Positions 7,820 through 18,053 of a stretch of 64,000 nt of DNA are shown in pieces. A model generated the notes under the pieces. It searched no databases. It was not told where the DNA came from and saw only the letters and a list, made by a program, of their open reading frames with translations. A program made the position numbers and the translations under genes. Within the stretch, counting starts at the first letter, position 1. Each line of letters opens with the position of its first letter. This DNA is from Candidatus Methanomethylicia archaeon (GTDB lineage Archaea; Thermoproteota; Methanomethylicia; Nezhaarchaeales; B40-G2), in contig JAPDJI010000026.1 in assembly GCA_029259155.1 (NCBI GenBank), forward strand, positions 1 through 64,000, read 5' to 3'.

Positions 7820-8065
7820 TTACCCGACTAAGAAGGAGGTCGCTCCCTTAATGGAAGTTATCCATCTTAAATAAGAGTTTAGGGCAGCTCGAAGCTTACT
7901 TAGACTATGAGCCTCTATGGTCAGCTTCACGGAGAGCTTCGAGAGTTCGATGGAAGCCTTATAGTGTATCCTCGGCATGGAGTCTACCTCCGGCTTAAGG
8001 GCTTCATACATCGCCTTAGCTAAGGACGGAGAGTCTAGCCAGACCTCTATTACGGCTCTATGCAT
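7820..8065 (-). CDS. KEOPS Pcc1-family protein (paralog 1)
   Basis: ALKPE and LRAALNSYLRWI motifs; located in the exosome/prefoldin cluster. Confidence 0.88.
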   Translation of the reverse strand: MHRAVIEVWLDSPSLAKAMYEALKPEVDSMPRIHYKASIELSKLSVKLTIEAHSLSKLRAALNSYLRWITSIKGATSFLVG

Positions 8066-8618
8066 CTAAATCCTCCACGGGTAAAAGACGCTTCACTCTG
8101 ATTAAGGGTCCTATAGGCTTTCTCGAGGCCAAATCTAAGAAGTTAAGCGCCCCTAGGTAGCCTCTTCTAGGAGAAAGCAGTACTGCGCTATGGTAAACAT
8201 TAGGGTAGGACTGTTCTTCGAGTTTAAGTATTGGTAGGTCTAGAGCCTCAGCCAATACTCTGCCTAAAACCTCCAGCTTCCCCTCACCTTCCACCATCAC
8301 TGCGGCGTTACGTAGAGGAGAAGGCGTAACCCCCATTTCCCTTGCTAATTTAACCCCTAAGCATACAAAGGAGGTTTTAAGTTTCTTAAGGCTCACGTCG
8401 TAGAGGTCTATCCTCCCTGGATTACCCTTCCTAACGTTAACTATAAGCGCATACCCCGCCTTCCTAGCTGAAGCCTCAAGCAATACCTCCTCTAAGTTCA
8501 TCTTTCCACGGTTAACGTATGCCGCTCTGGGAAACACCTTTGAGAGCTCTTTACAGAAGCTTCTAACCCTACGAGTAGGCCTACGCGATGTAGTTATGAA
8601 AAGCGGCAAGCCCAGCAC
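8058..8618 (-). CDS. Brix-domain ribosome biogenesis protein
   Basis: ITTSRRPTRRVRSF, NRGKMNL and GNPG motifs. Confidence 0.9.
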   Translation of the reverse strand: MLGLPLFITTSRRPTRRVRSFCKELSKVFPRAAYVNRGKMNLEEVLLEASARKAGYALIVNVRKGNPGRIDLYDVSLKKLKTSFVCLGVKLAREMGVTPSPLRNAAVMVEGEGKLEVLGRVLAEALDLPILKLEEQSYPNVYHSAVLLSPRRGYLGALNFLDLASRKPIGPLIRVKRLLPVEDLDA

Positions 8619-8637
8619 CTATAAAAGAAGAGGGGGT

Positions 8638-8868
8638 TTAACCGATCTCGCTGAACGGTGCGTATGCTCCTCCAGCAAACACCTTGCCACATTTATTGCA
8701 GTACCAAATACCTACAGCCTTACGCTTTAAGGAGCCGACCGTTAAGCAGTAAGGACATTTATGTCTAGCTCTAAGTCTCTCCTCGATCTTTCTAACCCTC
8801 TTCCTGAGAGTAGACCCATATCTAGCTCCGAACCTAGCCGTAGAGCGAGTAAACTTGGTTCGAGTCAC
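8638..8868 (-). CDS. rpl37ae: 50S ribosomal protein L37Ae (eL43)
   Basis: RFGARYG, CPYC, GIWYCNKC, AGGAY. Confidence 0.97.
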   Translation of the reverse strand: MTRTKFTRSTARFGARYGSTLRKRVRKIEERLRARHKCPYCLTVGSLKRKAVGIWYCNKCGKVFAGGAYAPFSEIG

Positions 8869-8869
8869 C

Positions 8870-9667
8870 CTAAGTCCCCCCCGCTAAGGTTTTAAGGTAG
8901 GAGTAGAGCTCCTCGCCTTTACTTAAAGCCATCGACGCAGCTTTCTGCAGCTCTTCCACCTCAAAGACCCCTTCTCCACTTTTCTGCGCGGCGCAGAGTT
9001 TGCCTTCAACTACTGATAGAGATAACTTTGCGTCGGCGGCTTCCTCCTCATCCAGCACAGGATCCACCACTAGGGTATCGCCTATCTTAGCGATGGTGAC
9101 GGTTACAGGCATCTTTGATAAAGGAGGAGGAACCTTATCTTCGTAGTTCACCTTTACCCTCTCCTCCTCCACATCAGCCTGAGGGATCCTTGACGATAAT
9201 AAGGCGGCCGAGGTAGCGAGGGCTGAAGCATCTATGAGGTTTCCGTCGTGGTTGAGCACGTAGATGTCGATCCAAGCAATCCATACACTTTTACCTGGAA
9301 CAAGGCATAGCTTAGATAGGTCCACTGCTTCAGCCTTCCTCAAGCTCCTATCTATTACCCTAGCAAGCTCAATAGCGTTTTCATCAGGAGGGCCTGACTC
9401 AAAAGTAGGAGAAGCTAGAGGGAGAAACTCTGCGTTGACAGTTAACACCCCCAGGTCTGGGGTATCAGGGAAAGGAGGGCCTATTTCATACTTAATGCCA
9501 GCAAGCACGAGAGTATCGCCTATACTTACGCGCGCAGAGCCATCAGCCCTGCCTATCAGGTTGGTTTCTACCTTGATATTTCGGTACTGGTCTAGAGTCC
9601 TACCGTCAACTCTACGGCCACTATTCAACAACGATAGGATCTGGGCTTTCTTTACCTTCGATATCAA
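8870..9667 (-). CDS. rrp42: Exosome subunit Rrp42
   Basis: RNase PH fold; [23 protein letters not shown]. Confidence 0.96.
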   Translation of the reverse strand: MISKVKKAQILSLLNSGRRVDGRTLDQYRNIKVETNLIGRADGSARVSIGDTLVLAGIKYEIGPPFPDTPDLGVLTVNAEFLPLASPTFESGPPDENAIELARVIDRSLRKAEAVDLSKLCLVPGKSVWIAWIDIYVLNHDGNLIDASALATSAALLSSRIPQADVEEERVKVNYEDKVPPPLSKMPVTVTIAKIGDTLVVDPVLDEEEAADAKLSLSVVEGKLCAAQKSGEGVFEVEELQKAASMALSKGEELYSYLKTLAGGT

Positions 9668-10467
9668 GTAGACCCTCCTCCTTCAATGCTTTTTCTAAGC
9701 GTAAGGTAGCGTTGTTTTAAGGCCTCCTTCTGCATCATGTATATTCGCTCGCATGCCACCACCGCCATGTCCACCGCCTTAAGAAACTCCTCGTAGCTTA
9801 ACTTACCATCAAGCTGGAGCAGGGTTACCTTACGCTTACCGTACATCATGGCGAAGGGCATGTCCACCTCTCCGTTCTTGTCCTCGAGGTCGGTTAAGTC
9901 TACGACTAGGTAGCCGTCGACCTTACCTACAGCACAGGCTGCCACCAGGTCCTTCATAGGTATACCTGCGTCAGCAAGCGCTAGCGAAGCAGCGTTTATA
10001 CCTGCACAGCGCGTACTACCGTCAGCCTCCAACACCTCTACGAAAATATCGATGGCTGTCGAAGGGAACTGTTCAAGAAGTATTGCGTGGGATAAAGCCT
10101 CCCTCAGAACCTTTGAGAGCTCCACTTCCCTTCTAGAGGGGGCAGGAGACTTCCTAGTCTCAACAGAGAAAGGCGCCATATGGTAGCGGCAGCGCACTCT
10201 AGCTTTATCAGGGTAAGCTAAGTGCCTAGGGTGGACGCTTCTAGGACCGTAAACGGCGGCTAGGATCTTCGTGTTGCCTTGTTCAACATAAGCAGAGCCG
10301 TTAGCGTTCTTAAGCACGCCTACGCTCATCTTTATAGGTCTAAGTTCATCTGGCCTACGTCCATCGTGCCTTACCCCGTCGCCCGAAATCAGCCTACGCT
10401 GCTCCCCTGCCATGTTCAACCTAACCTTCCCTTCACCGAGCTGATACTCCTCTAAGCAAACGCCCAT
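9664..10467 (-). CDS. rrp41: Exosome exonuclease Rrp41 (real start probably the internal ATG, MAGEQRR)
   Basis: [31 protein letters not shown]. Confidence 0.96.
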   Translation of the reverse strand: MGVCLEEYQLGEGKVRLNMAGEQRRLISGDGVRHDGRRPDELRPIKMSVGVLKNANGSAYVEQGNTKILAAVYGPRSVHPRHLAYPDKARVRCRYHMAPFSVETRKSPAPSRREVELSKVLREALSHAILLEQFPSTAIDIFVEVLEADGSTRCAGINAASLALADAGIPMKDLVAACAVGKVDGYLVVDLTDLEDKNGEVDMPFAMMYGKRKVTLLQLDGKLSYEEFLKAVDMAVVACERIYMMQKEALKQRYLTLRKSIEGGGST

Positions 10468-10492
10468 ATTTAAAAGTAAATGTAAAGTAAGA

Positions 10493-11200
10493 TCAGCTCT
10501 TCTTACGCTTCTTGTTTTTAAGCATCTGCATGACCCTTGCTGTCAAGCCTGCCACATGAGCCTCCTCAACTATCCTCCTCACAGCTTCAGCTACCAGATC
10601 TTCATCTTCAGGGTTTTCGCCCACCACCCAGATGTAGCCATTCTGTCCGACCACTACTTCGCATCCCGTCTCGCTCTTTATGAGGCTTATCATCGACCGC
10701 CGCCTACCTATAAGCCTAGGCACCTTGACCGCCGGTATAGCAATAATACTCCCCTTAGTGATCTTACCTAGCCCCTTCTCCTTACAGGTTAAGGACGGGT
10801 TAAAGGCCCTCTCGAAGGAGATCACCTTAGCCACCAGCATATCGCCCACGTCGTAAAGCTTCCTTAAGTCCTCTTCGTGAAGGTTCAACGGCTTCACCGA
10901 GGCCTCGGACGCGTTTAGAAAAGCTACGTGAGGAGCCCTTATGTCGACCACGTAGCTAGAAGCGGTAATATCGATGACCTCACCTATGACTAGGTCCCCT
11001 ACTTTAGGTATGTAGGGGCCGCTTAAAGGAACAACATTGACCACGCCTCGGTTAAACTTCAAGATACCTACAGCATTCGAGTACAGCTTACCATCTTCCT
11101 TATACACGTTGGAGCCAGGCCTATAGTTGCCTTCGGCTAAGAGCTCTCCTGGCACCACCACATCCCAGTCCTTGAAGTAGACAGGCAAGGTGTCACACAC
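10493..11200 (-). CDS. rrp4: Exosome RNA-binding protein Rrp4
   Basis: [19 protein letters not shown] (S1), KVPRLIG and GQNG (KH). Confidence 0.95.
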   Translation of the reverse strand: MCDTLPVYFKDWDVVVPGELLAEGNYRPGSNVYKEDGKLYSNAVGILKFNRGVVNVVPLSGPYIPKVGDLVIGEVIDITASSYVVDIRAPHVAFLNASEASVKPLNLHEEDLRKLYDVGDMLVAKVISFERAFNPSLTCKEKGLGKITKGSIIAIPAVKVPRLIGRRRSMISLIKSETGCEVVVGQNGYIWVVGENPEDEDLVAEAVRRIVEEAHVAGLTARVMQMLKNKKRKKS

Positions 11201-11233
11201 CTATATCCTACTAATCCATCACCATTATAACTA

Positions 11234-11926
11234 TCACCTTACGCTCAATAGCTTTACTTGAGCTGAGCCTTTCGTTAAGGAGTTCAGTTTATCGATGAGT
11301 GAAGGCTGTAAACCTGCAGGCAGCTCCACTTCGCCTTTCCATGAACCGTCGCCTAGCCACTCAGACCTCTTAATGGAGCCCATTTTAGAGACCATTGCGT
11401 ATGCTTTCCCCGCGTAGGGAGGAGGTATCCTTACCTCTAGTACTGCCTGGGCTATCTTTAACGGAAGTATAGCCTTAAGGGCCTTAATGGCCTCCAACGC
11501 CTGTGCTTCAGCGTCTTCGAAGGGGTTAATCGACACTTTAGCTTCATTTAAGGCGTTTTCTATCCTTAGTGGAGGGTGAGGCAGGTTAGTTTTAGGGTCA
11601 ACGCAGTTCCTAGAGATGAAATCTATTATCTGCCTCCGCTTCATCTCAATGAGCTCCTTCCTCTGCTGAGCCGTAAGCTGAAGCTCGCCCTTCCTGATGA
11701 TCTGCTCAGCCACCTTTAAGGCATCGTCGGTCTTAAAGGCTTTCAGAAGCTCCTCCCTCGAGGCCTTAAGACCTTTACCTACATCTCTATAGATTAGTTC
11801 TGTTATTAACACGCTCTTGATGTCGATGTCTTTACCTTTCCTTAACTTCCAGGCAAGATCAGGATCCACTAAGACCTCAAACTTCTCCTTACCTACCGTT
11901 AACCTTGCCACCACACCGCGTTCCAA
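11234..11926 (-). CDS. Ribosome maturation protein SBDS/Sdo1
   Basis: [31 protein letters not shown]. Confidence 0.96.
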   Translation of the reverse strand: MERGVVARLTVGKEKFEVLVDPDLAWKLRKGKDIDIKSVLITELIYRDVGKGLKASREELLKAFKTDDALKVAEQIIRKGELQLTAQQRKELIEMKRRQIIDFISRNCVDPKTNLPHPPLRIENALNEAKVSINPFEDAEAQALEAIKALKAILPLKIAQAVLEVRIPPPYAGKAYAMVSKMGSIKRSEWLGDGSWKGEVELPAGLQPSLIDKLNSLTKGSAQVKLLSVR

Positions 11927-11947
11927 TAAAGGCCCTCCGAGAAAAGC

Positions 11948-12667
11948 CTACGTTAAGCTAGCTATGTACTTCTCCAGGACCTCCTTGCTGAGCTTACCAA
12001 ACTTCCTCGTCTTAATGTCCACTACAGCTAGCTCCACCTTCTCCGGAGATAAGCCCCCCTCCATAGCGACCCCTAAGCTTTTAAGCGAGAGCCTAATGGC
12101 GTCCTCCAAGCTCATGTCCTCCCTATAGTTCTTCTCTAAGATCTCAGATGCTTGTTGCGAGCCTGCACCAATAGCCACAGCGTAGTATCCAGCATAAGCT
12201 CCGCTAGGCTCAGTCATGAATAGCTTCGGGCCAGCCTTATCCACGCCGGCTATCAGGAAGGACACCCCGAAGGGCCTAACGCCAGCGTGTTGAGTATATA
12301 GCTGTTTTAGGTCGCTTATCTTCCTCGTTAAGATCTCCACGTCTATAGGCTCATCGTAGATCAACTTATTGATCTGAGCCTCCACCCTGGCTCTATCGAT
12401 TAAAACTCTGCCGTCGGAAGCTAAGCCTGCGTAAGCCACGCCTACGTGTTCATCTATCTTCCATATCTTCTCCATTGAGGAAGGGTCCACCAAGGGAAGT
12501 ATACGTTTCTTCTCTACCGCTAGTACAGCTCCTTCAGGGCACCTTACGCCCAACGTCGTCCAGCCGCGTCTCACTGCTTCAAGAGCGTATTCAACTTGAA
12601 AGAGCCTACCGTCAGGAGAGAATACTGTTATAGCCCTATCGTACCCCAAACCAGGAGGTGTGAACAT
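11948..12667 (-). CDS. psmA: Proteasome alpha subunit
   Basis: GYDRAITVFSPDGRLFQVEYA; start placed at the ATG after a GGAGG Shine-Dalgarno. Confidence 0.98.
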   Translation of the reverse strand: MFTPPGLGYDRAITVFSPDGRLFQVEYALEAVRRGWTTLGVRCPEGAVLAVEKKRILPLVDPSSMEKIWKIDEHVGVAYAGLASDGRVLIDRARVEAQINKLIYDEPIDVEILTRKISDLKQLYTQHAGVRPFGVSFLIAGVDKAGPKLFMTEPSGAYAGYYAVAIGAGSQQASEILEKNYREDMSLEDAIRLSLKSLGVAMEGGLSPEKVELAVVDIKTRKFGKLSKEVLEKYIASLT

Positions 12668-12809
12668 GTAGCTTCCTCCCACCACGATCTTTGAGTAAAG
12701 CCTGCGACAGCTATAGGGTAAGGGGCTCTTATAAGTATCTTTGCAACAATAACCTTTAACCTAACGTTTCCCTTTACGGATAAGGCAAGCTTAAAAGGGT
12801 AGGGGGGAG

Positions 12810-13544
12810 CTAGCCCTTCCTTCTACCAGTCCTTCGAGGAGCTATGTGGCCTACCTTTGCCCCCGGAGGAGCCTTACGGCCAGCTGGCGTACTGCCCGTG
12901 GGGTGAGAGCCGCCTCCATGAGGGTGAGCGTAGGGGCTCATGGCCTTACCTCGAACCGTAGGGTATTTCCAGGCTTTAACCTTAGCTAGGTGATACTTAG
13001 CCCCAGCCTTGAGGAAAGGCTTCTCGATTCTACCTCCACCAGCTACAGCACCTATGGTAGCTCTGCATAGCGGGTTGATTCTTTTAAGTTCCCCTGAAGG
13101 GAGCTGAACTATGGTTTTATCAGGCGCGTGAGAAACAACTGTAGCGTAGCCTCCAGAGGACCTTACAAGCTTTCCTCCATCACCAGGGTTAACCTCTATG
13201 TTGCATACGGAGGTTCCTTCAGGTATGAATTTTAGAGGCATGATATTACCTATCTTAGGGTCAGCAAGCGCACCTATCTCCACTTCTTGGCCTACGGTCA
13301 GCCCCTCAGGAGCTACCATTAAGAACTTGCCTCCACCTTCAAGCCTAATTAGGGCTACAGGTGCGCCTCTGCCAGGGTCGTGGAGGAGAGCCTGAACCTT
13401 GCCGGTCAGCTTACCTTCAAGTTCCTCCTTACTCAGGCTAAGGTACTTTACCTCCCCCACTCTCTTCCATGAGGGAGCTCTGAACACAGAGCCTCCACGA
13501 CCTCTGCGTTGAACGAGAAGCCTCTTACCCACTTTAAACCCCAC
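12810..13544 (-). CDS. rpl2: 50S ribosomal protein uL2
   Basis: QRRGRG, HDPGRGAP, HPHGGG. Confidence 0.98.
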   Translation of the reverse strand: MGFKVGKRLLVQRRGRGGSVFRAPSWKRVGEVKYLSLSKEELEGKLTGKVQALLHDPGRGAPVALIRLEGGGKFLMVAPEGLTVGQEVEIGALADPKIGNIMPLKFIPEGTSVCNIEVNPGDGGKLVRSSGGYATVVSHAPDKTIVQLPSGELKRINPLCRATIGAVAGGGRIEKPFLKAGAKYHLAKVKAWKYPTVRGKAMSPYAHPHGGGSHPTGSTPAGRKAPPGAKVGHIAPRRTGRRKG

Positions 13545-13581
13545 CTGTAGCGGTAGGACCTCAATTTAAACTATACGTATA

Positions 13582-13851
13582 TTAGAGGATGCCCATCCTA
13601 GAGGCCAAGTCCGATGCTTTATACTCAGGGCTTAGCTTTATGTAGGCCTTCTTCTCCCCCTTGGTCGTAATACATACGTTCACCCTATCCACCTTAACGT
13701 TGTAGAGAGCTTCGAAAGCTCTCTTAATGGACGGTTTATTGGCCCATTTAGCCACGATGAAGGTCAGCTCATTACCCTTCTCCATCCTTGAGAGCGAAGC
13801 CTCAGAGACTACGGGCCTTAAAATTATCTTGTTGGGGTCCTCCGACATCAC
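13582..13851 (-). CDS. rpl23: 50S ribosomal protein uL23
   Basis: RPVVSE, LTFIV, KKAYIKL. Confidence 0.97.
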   Translation of the reverse strand: MMSEDPNKIILRPVVSEASLSRMEKGNELTFIVAKWANKPSIKRAFEALYNVKVDRVNVCITTKGEKKAYIKLSPEYKASDLASRMGIL

Positions 13852-14630
13852 TCAAACCTCCTCTCACTGATAAGCTTGGCTAAAGCAGTTTCCGTGTATA
13901 GGGTTAACCTGCCTGGAACACCTCCTGGAGCGAGGTGTTTGATGGAGAGGGTCCTGGCCAAAGCAACGTCTACTCCAGGAAAGTTTCGGAAAGCCTTGCG
14001 AGCGCCACGATCCTCTCCAAGAACCAAAAGTAAGCTTTTAGGCTCCCTATACTTCCTCCCTCTCATCTTCCCTCTTCCAGCTTTTATCTTAATGCCATTC
14101 TTAGCTCTCTCCACGTCGCTCCATAACCCTAGCCTCACAAGGAACTTCTTTGCCTCTATAGCAGTGGAGATAGCCTCTACATCGTCCACTACTATTAGTG
14201 GGAAGCTTAAGGAATCGTCGAACCTATGCCCCCTGGCCTTAACCAATTCTTTATTAGCGGTAGCTGCTATGGCTGAGGCTATCGCCAGCCTCTTCTCCTT
14301 CACGTTGATCCTCTCAACCAACACCTTCTCCACCCGCGGTGGATGCGCTCTACGGCCGCCCACCGTCATAGGCGCCAGCGCAGCTCTGCTAGTACCCTTA
14401 ACCCTAGGTACCCTAGCCACACCGTAGCCTACCCCCCAGCTCTCAGCGGTAGTACGCATGCCTGCTTCAACATCTCTACCTTGTGGCTGAAGCCTAGCCG
14501 TGAAGGAAGCCAAGAAAGCTCTTTGAATAAGGTCTGGCCTTATAGAGGTCTGAAACACCTTTGGCAAAGTAAGCTTCTTCGCAGGTTTACCTTCAAGGTC
14601 GTACACGATGGCCTCAGTGATAGACGACAT
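13848..14630 (-). CDS. rpl4: 50S ribosomal protein uL4
   Basis: IRPDLI, AESWGVG, GGRRAHPP, LAPGG. Confidence 0.98.
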   Translation of the reverse strand: MSSITEAIVYDLEGKPAKKLTLPKVFQTSIRPDLIQRAFLASFTARLQPQGRDVEAGMRTTAESWGVGYGVARVPRVKGTSRAALAPMTVGGRRAHPPRVEKVLVERINVKEKRLAIASAIAATANKELVKARGHRFDDSLSFPLIVVDDVEAISTAIEAKKFLVRLGLWSDVERAKNGIKIKAGRGKMRGRKYREPKSLLLVLGEDRGARKAFRNFPGVDVALARTLSIKHLAPGGVPGRLTLYTETALAKLISERRFE

Positions 14631-14632
14631 GG

Positions 14633-15634
14633 CTACGCACCTTGCTTAGACTCTAAGCTTATGAATGAGATCTTAGGGGGCTCAGCTTTCCAAGTAGGCC
14701 CCCTCACAGGGAGACGCAGCTTGACAAGCCTACCCCGAGGGCCAGGTATAGAGCCTTCAATGAGGAGGTAGTCGCCCCTGACCACTCCATAGCCTACAAA
14801 GCCTCCTTTAACCTGAACCTCGCTAGGGTCTGACCCTACCTTCAACAACCGCTTATTGAACTCGGTTCTCTGCTGGAAACCGAGCTGTCCTGGGCGGGGG
14901 ATCGTAAACATCATGCTTGGATGTTGCGGGCTTATGGCTCCTACCTTCCTATACCCTTTACGGTGCTTATGCCATCTTGGCATTATCTTCACGCCGAAGC
15001 GCTTAACCACGCCCTCGAAGCCCTTCCCCTTGGTTATCGAGATCACATCGACGTACTGCCCGTCCTTAAACACCTCTGTGACCTTAACCTCCTTGCCTAG
15101 GATCGACTTGGCATACTCAAACTGACCCTTAACCTCTCCCCCACCGATCTTTATTTCGAAGACCTCAGGTTTCTTCTTCCCCAACCCAGACTTCCTAGGC
15201 TGAGTACATACAAGGACACGGATCTCGGCTACACGGTTTAGGTTCGCCTCTATCTCCTCTAAGCTTCCACCCCGCTTCGGTAGAGGCCTAATGGTCCTTT
15301 CAAGGCCCTTAGGCAAATCCTCGGCGAAGCACTCAGTTAAGGTCCTCAGCCCTAAGGGATGCCTCTCATAAGCTCTAACAGCACACACGTAGAGTGGAGG
15401 GGCATCGAGCACAGTACAGGCCTTAACCACCTCTCTGCCGTAGAGGGGGCTCGACGGGTCGCTCTCGACCATTACCACGTGGGTCATCCCCGCTTTATAA
15501 GCAGCAAACCCTAGAAGACAGGGCCCTTCAGAAACCTCCGGCCAAGACCTAATCCTAGGGATAAGCTTCCTAGCCCTAACCCTAGGATAGAAGGCTAAGG
15601 ATCCTCTCCTGGGAGCGTGTATTCGCCTACCCAA
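14633..15634 (-). CDS. rpl3: 50S ribosomal protein uL3
   Basis: PRRGSLAFYPR, YKAGMTH, TKGKGFEGVVKRFG. Confidence 0.98.
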   Translation of the reverse strand: MGRRIHAPRRGSLAFYPRVRARKLIPRIRSWPEVSEGPCLLGFAAYKAGMTHVVMVESDPSSPLYGREVVKACTVLDAPPLYVCAVRAYERHPLGLRTLTECFAEDLPKGLERTIRPLPKRGGSLEEIEANLNRVAEIRVLVCTQPRKSGLGKKKPEVFEIKIGGGEVKGQFEYAKSILGKEVKVTEVFKDGQYVDVISITKGKGFEGVVKRFGVKIMPRWHKHRKGYRKVGAISPQHPSMMFTIPRPGQLGFQQRTEFNKRLLKVGSDPSEVQVKGGFVGYGVVRGDYLLIEGSIPGPRGRLVKLRLPVRGPTWKAEPPKISFISLESKQGA

Positions 15635-15685
15635 CGTCCATCCCTTAAACCTAGGCGCTAGCCTGCAACCTCTTACTGCTTGGAT

Positions 15686-16561
15686 TTAAACCCTATCTTC
15701 AAGAGGGTAGCTGAGCCAGTTAACAATAGATAGCACCGACAGGACTGCCTCCTCCGTTCTCACGGTCTCCACACCTTGGTGAGGGATGAAGTTAACCGTT
15801 AAGTTAGCGACCTCGTCAAGGGAAAACCCTTCACGTCTAAGAATCTCAGCAAGCCCCTCCTTAGGGGAGCCGAAGAGGATGAAGGTGGAGTGGGAAGATA
15901 GGTGCTCCTTGAGCTTAGGTAGGGCTTCATGGAGGCTGATACCTAGCCTTGAAGTAGCTAGGATGAAGCTGTAGTTGCTGGTTTTGACCACCTTGACCAA
16001 GGGGCTCCATTCAAGCTTAGCTTTAAACCCGAAGTAAAAGGGGACTTCGCTTAGGCTCGATATGGTAGCCTCTACCTTCCCATCCCTCTTAACCAGGTGA
16101 ATTATTACGCGGTCGCCTCTCTTCAAGCTCGCTTCCACTGCTATAGGCTCCTCCAACCCTACCTCCACGTATACTTTAGAGCCACGTCTACCCACCACTA
16201 CTCCTTCCCTAAAGGAGCTGGCTGGGAGCTCCGAAACCTTGGATTCTAGAGGATGGTTAGGAGTTCTAAGAGGAGGCAAAATACCTACAAATCTAAGTTC
16301 AGGCTTAAGAGGGTAAAGAAGCTTCCTAAGGTACTGTGGACAGTTCATGTAGTTTAATAGGTCCACGAGAAGCTTAGCATCCTTAAAGTCAACGTCATCC
16401 CTATCCTTATAGACCACTACCTCCTCCACCCTAAAGATGGCGCAAGCCCTACCTATGAAGCCAACCTTAATGGTCTTATCGCGGAGGTGGGCTACATCGC
16501 TAAGTAGAGAAGCTGGAAGAGCTAAACCTATCTTTCGAGGACGTCGAGGCGGATACTTCAC
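15686..16561 (-). CDS. SPOUT-family putative RNA methyltransferase (DUF171-like) upstream of uL3
   Basis: RACAIFRV, CPQYLRK, GILPPLRTPNH, QGVETVRTEEA. Confidence 0.9.
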   Translation of the reverse strand: MKYPPRRPRKIGLALPASLLSDVAHLRDKTIKVGFIGRACAIFRVEEVVVYKDRDDVDFKDAKLLVDLLNYMNCPQYLRKLLYPLKPELRFVGILPPLRTPNHPLESKVSELPASSFREGVVVGRRGSKVYVEVGLEEPIAVEASLKRGDRVIIHLVKRDGKVEATISSLSEVPFYFGFKAKLEWSPLVKVVKTSNYSFILATSRLGISLHEALPKLKEHLSSHSTFILFGSPKEGLAEILRREGFSLDEVANLTVNFIPHQGVETVRTEEAVLSVLSIVNWLSYPLEDRV

Positions 16562-16614
16562 GGAGTGGTATATGTTGAGATAACCTTAAATCCTTACGTA
16601 GCATACCCTTCTCT

Positions 16615-16682
16615 GGGCTGATGAAGAGCTTGCCGAGTGTCAACCCTAGAGGGGATGAGAGGCCATTCATGCTCGGAGGCCC
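16615..16682 (+). ncRNA. Putative box C/D methylation-guide sRNA
   Basis: Terminal stem GGGCT/GGCCC, box C ATGAAGA, box D CGGA (k-turn geometry) and internal C'-like ATGAGA. Guides CTTGCCGAGT and CCATTCATGC are complementary to conserved archaeal 23S motifs recalled as ACUCGGCAA and GCAUGAAUGG. Confidence 0.65.
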
Positions 16683-16699
16683 CTTAAAAGGTGTAGTAC

Positions 16700-17410
16700 A
16701 TGAAGTACATCTCCCCTAAAGCTAAGATACCGTCCACCACCTTCATAGGAGAAGCTGTAGTGCTTGGACCCACCTTCATAGGCGAGGAATGCCTCATCGA
16801 GGACTGGGTTATCATAGGGCACCCCAAGAGAAAAGGGCTTCTTCAGGCATCTACGAAGGCCTTCAACTCCCTTAACAAAGCTCTAGACGAGGAAAGCAGG
16901 GGTGCCAAGGTCGGTAGAGGGGTAATCGTGAGGAGCGGCTCGGTGATCTACGAGAACGTAGAACTAGGAGACTACGTGGAGACAGGGCACTACGTATTGA
17001 TCAGGGAGAACACTCAGATAGGAAGGGAAGTTAAGGTTGGTAGCGGCACGATTATTGATGGTGAGGTAAAGGTAGGAGACCGCACTAACATCCAGTCCTG
17101 TGCCTACCTGCCACCAAAGACCCTGGTAGGTAAGGAGGTCTTCATCGGCCCTAGGGCCGTGATAACCAATGATCGTTACCCCTTCAGCGGTAAGCTCGTC
17201 GAAACTGTAGTGGAGGATGGGGTAGTCATAGGCGCTAATGCAGTGTTGGTAGCAGGGATACGCGTGGGTAAAAGAGCAGTGGTGGCAGCGGGAGCAGTGG
17301 TGACTAAGAGCGTGGAGGAGGGAGTGGTCGTGGCTGGATGCCCGGCTAAGAGGATAATGACTGTGGAGGAATATGAGGAAAAGCGGAGCTATTACTTAGG
17401 AGAAGCTTAG
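16700..17410 (+). CDS. Hexapeptide-repeat (LbH) acyl/N-acetyltransferase, WxcM/WbpD-like
   Basis: Repeated [IV]G hexads, ITNDRYP, GANAVLVAG, VVAGCPAK. Confidence 0.85.
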   Translation: MKYISPKAKIPSTTFIGEAVVLGPTFIGEECLIEDWVIIGHPKRKGLLQASTKAFNSLNKALDEESRGAKVGRGVIVRSGSVIYENVELGDYVETGHYVLIRENTQIGREVKVGSGTIIDGEVKVGDRTNIQSCAYLPPKTLVGKEVFIGPRAVITNDRYPFSGKLVETVVEDGVVIGANAVLVAGIRVGKRAVVAAGAVVTKSVEEGVVVAGCPAKRIMTVEEYEEKRSYYLGEA

Positions 17411-17835
17411 ATATCCAGTATGAGCTGAGCCACGTACCTATCCCCTTCTTTAACCACCTTTATCATAGAGTAGGTGGCTGCCTTAACCTCAGTCTTAAGG
17501 TTGTGTCGGCCAGGATCAAGCTTCTCACCGCGAGCCACTCCCTTAAGTTTAAGGACGTCGTCCTCCCTGTCGATCTTCACCTCGAAGGAGGAGAAGACCA
17601 TCTTTTCAATGGAGGAAAGCGCTAATAGCTCGTTTAACCATTCCACGAGGAGGCCTTCCTCATCGAAAGCTTCACAGGAAACCTCTACTTCGCGCTCTTC
17701 CTTAACTCCGCTCAAGTCGACCATGACGCTGAACATGGCCTTAGCCGCGTTTTCAAAGGCCTCCTCAAGCGTGGAGCCGAAGCCTCTAACCCCTACATCC
17801 GCTGTGGTCTCAAAGAGCTCGTAGCTGGACATCAA
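17407..17835 (-). CDS. Archease (RtcB cofactor)
   Basis: TTADVG, FENAAKAMF, EVKAATY, C-terminal LDI. Confidence 0.95.
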   Translation of the reverse strand: MMSSYELFETTADVGVRGFGSTLEEAFENAAKAMFSVMVDLSGVKEEREVEVSCEAFDEEGLLVEWLNELLALSSIEKMVFSSFEVKIDREDDVLKLKGVARGEKLDPGRHNLKTEVKAATYSMIKVVKEGDRYVAQLILDI

Positions 17836-18053
17836 GGCTTAAACCTAAGCGAGTTATATAAGCTCTCAGCTTGAGCTAAGATGCGACCTTGAAAGGGAAA
17901 GCAGAAATGAAGGTTACGTAACCATCGCTCTTTAAGGCTAACGCCTTCCCATTTATAAAGGATGCCCAAGTAAACGATACTCCTAAGGTAATGATACTTC
18001 AACCTCGTGCTAGAGCTGTCCAAAAACGCGACAAATAAGGCATCGATAAGTAA

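Noticed and set aside
16618-16660. CTGATGA as a hammerhead ribozyme core
   Set aside because: No GAAA/stem II geometry or cleavage-site stems; a C/D k-turn explains the sequence better
17832-18023. 63-aa ORF between archease and tRNA-Ser
   Set aside because: No motifs, atypical composition, and it overlaps the likely archease promoter
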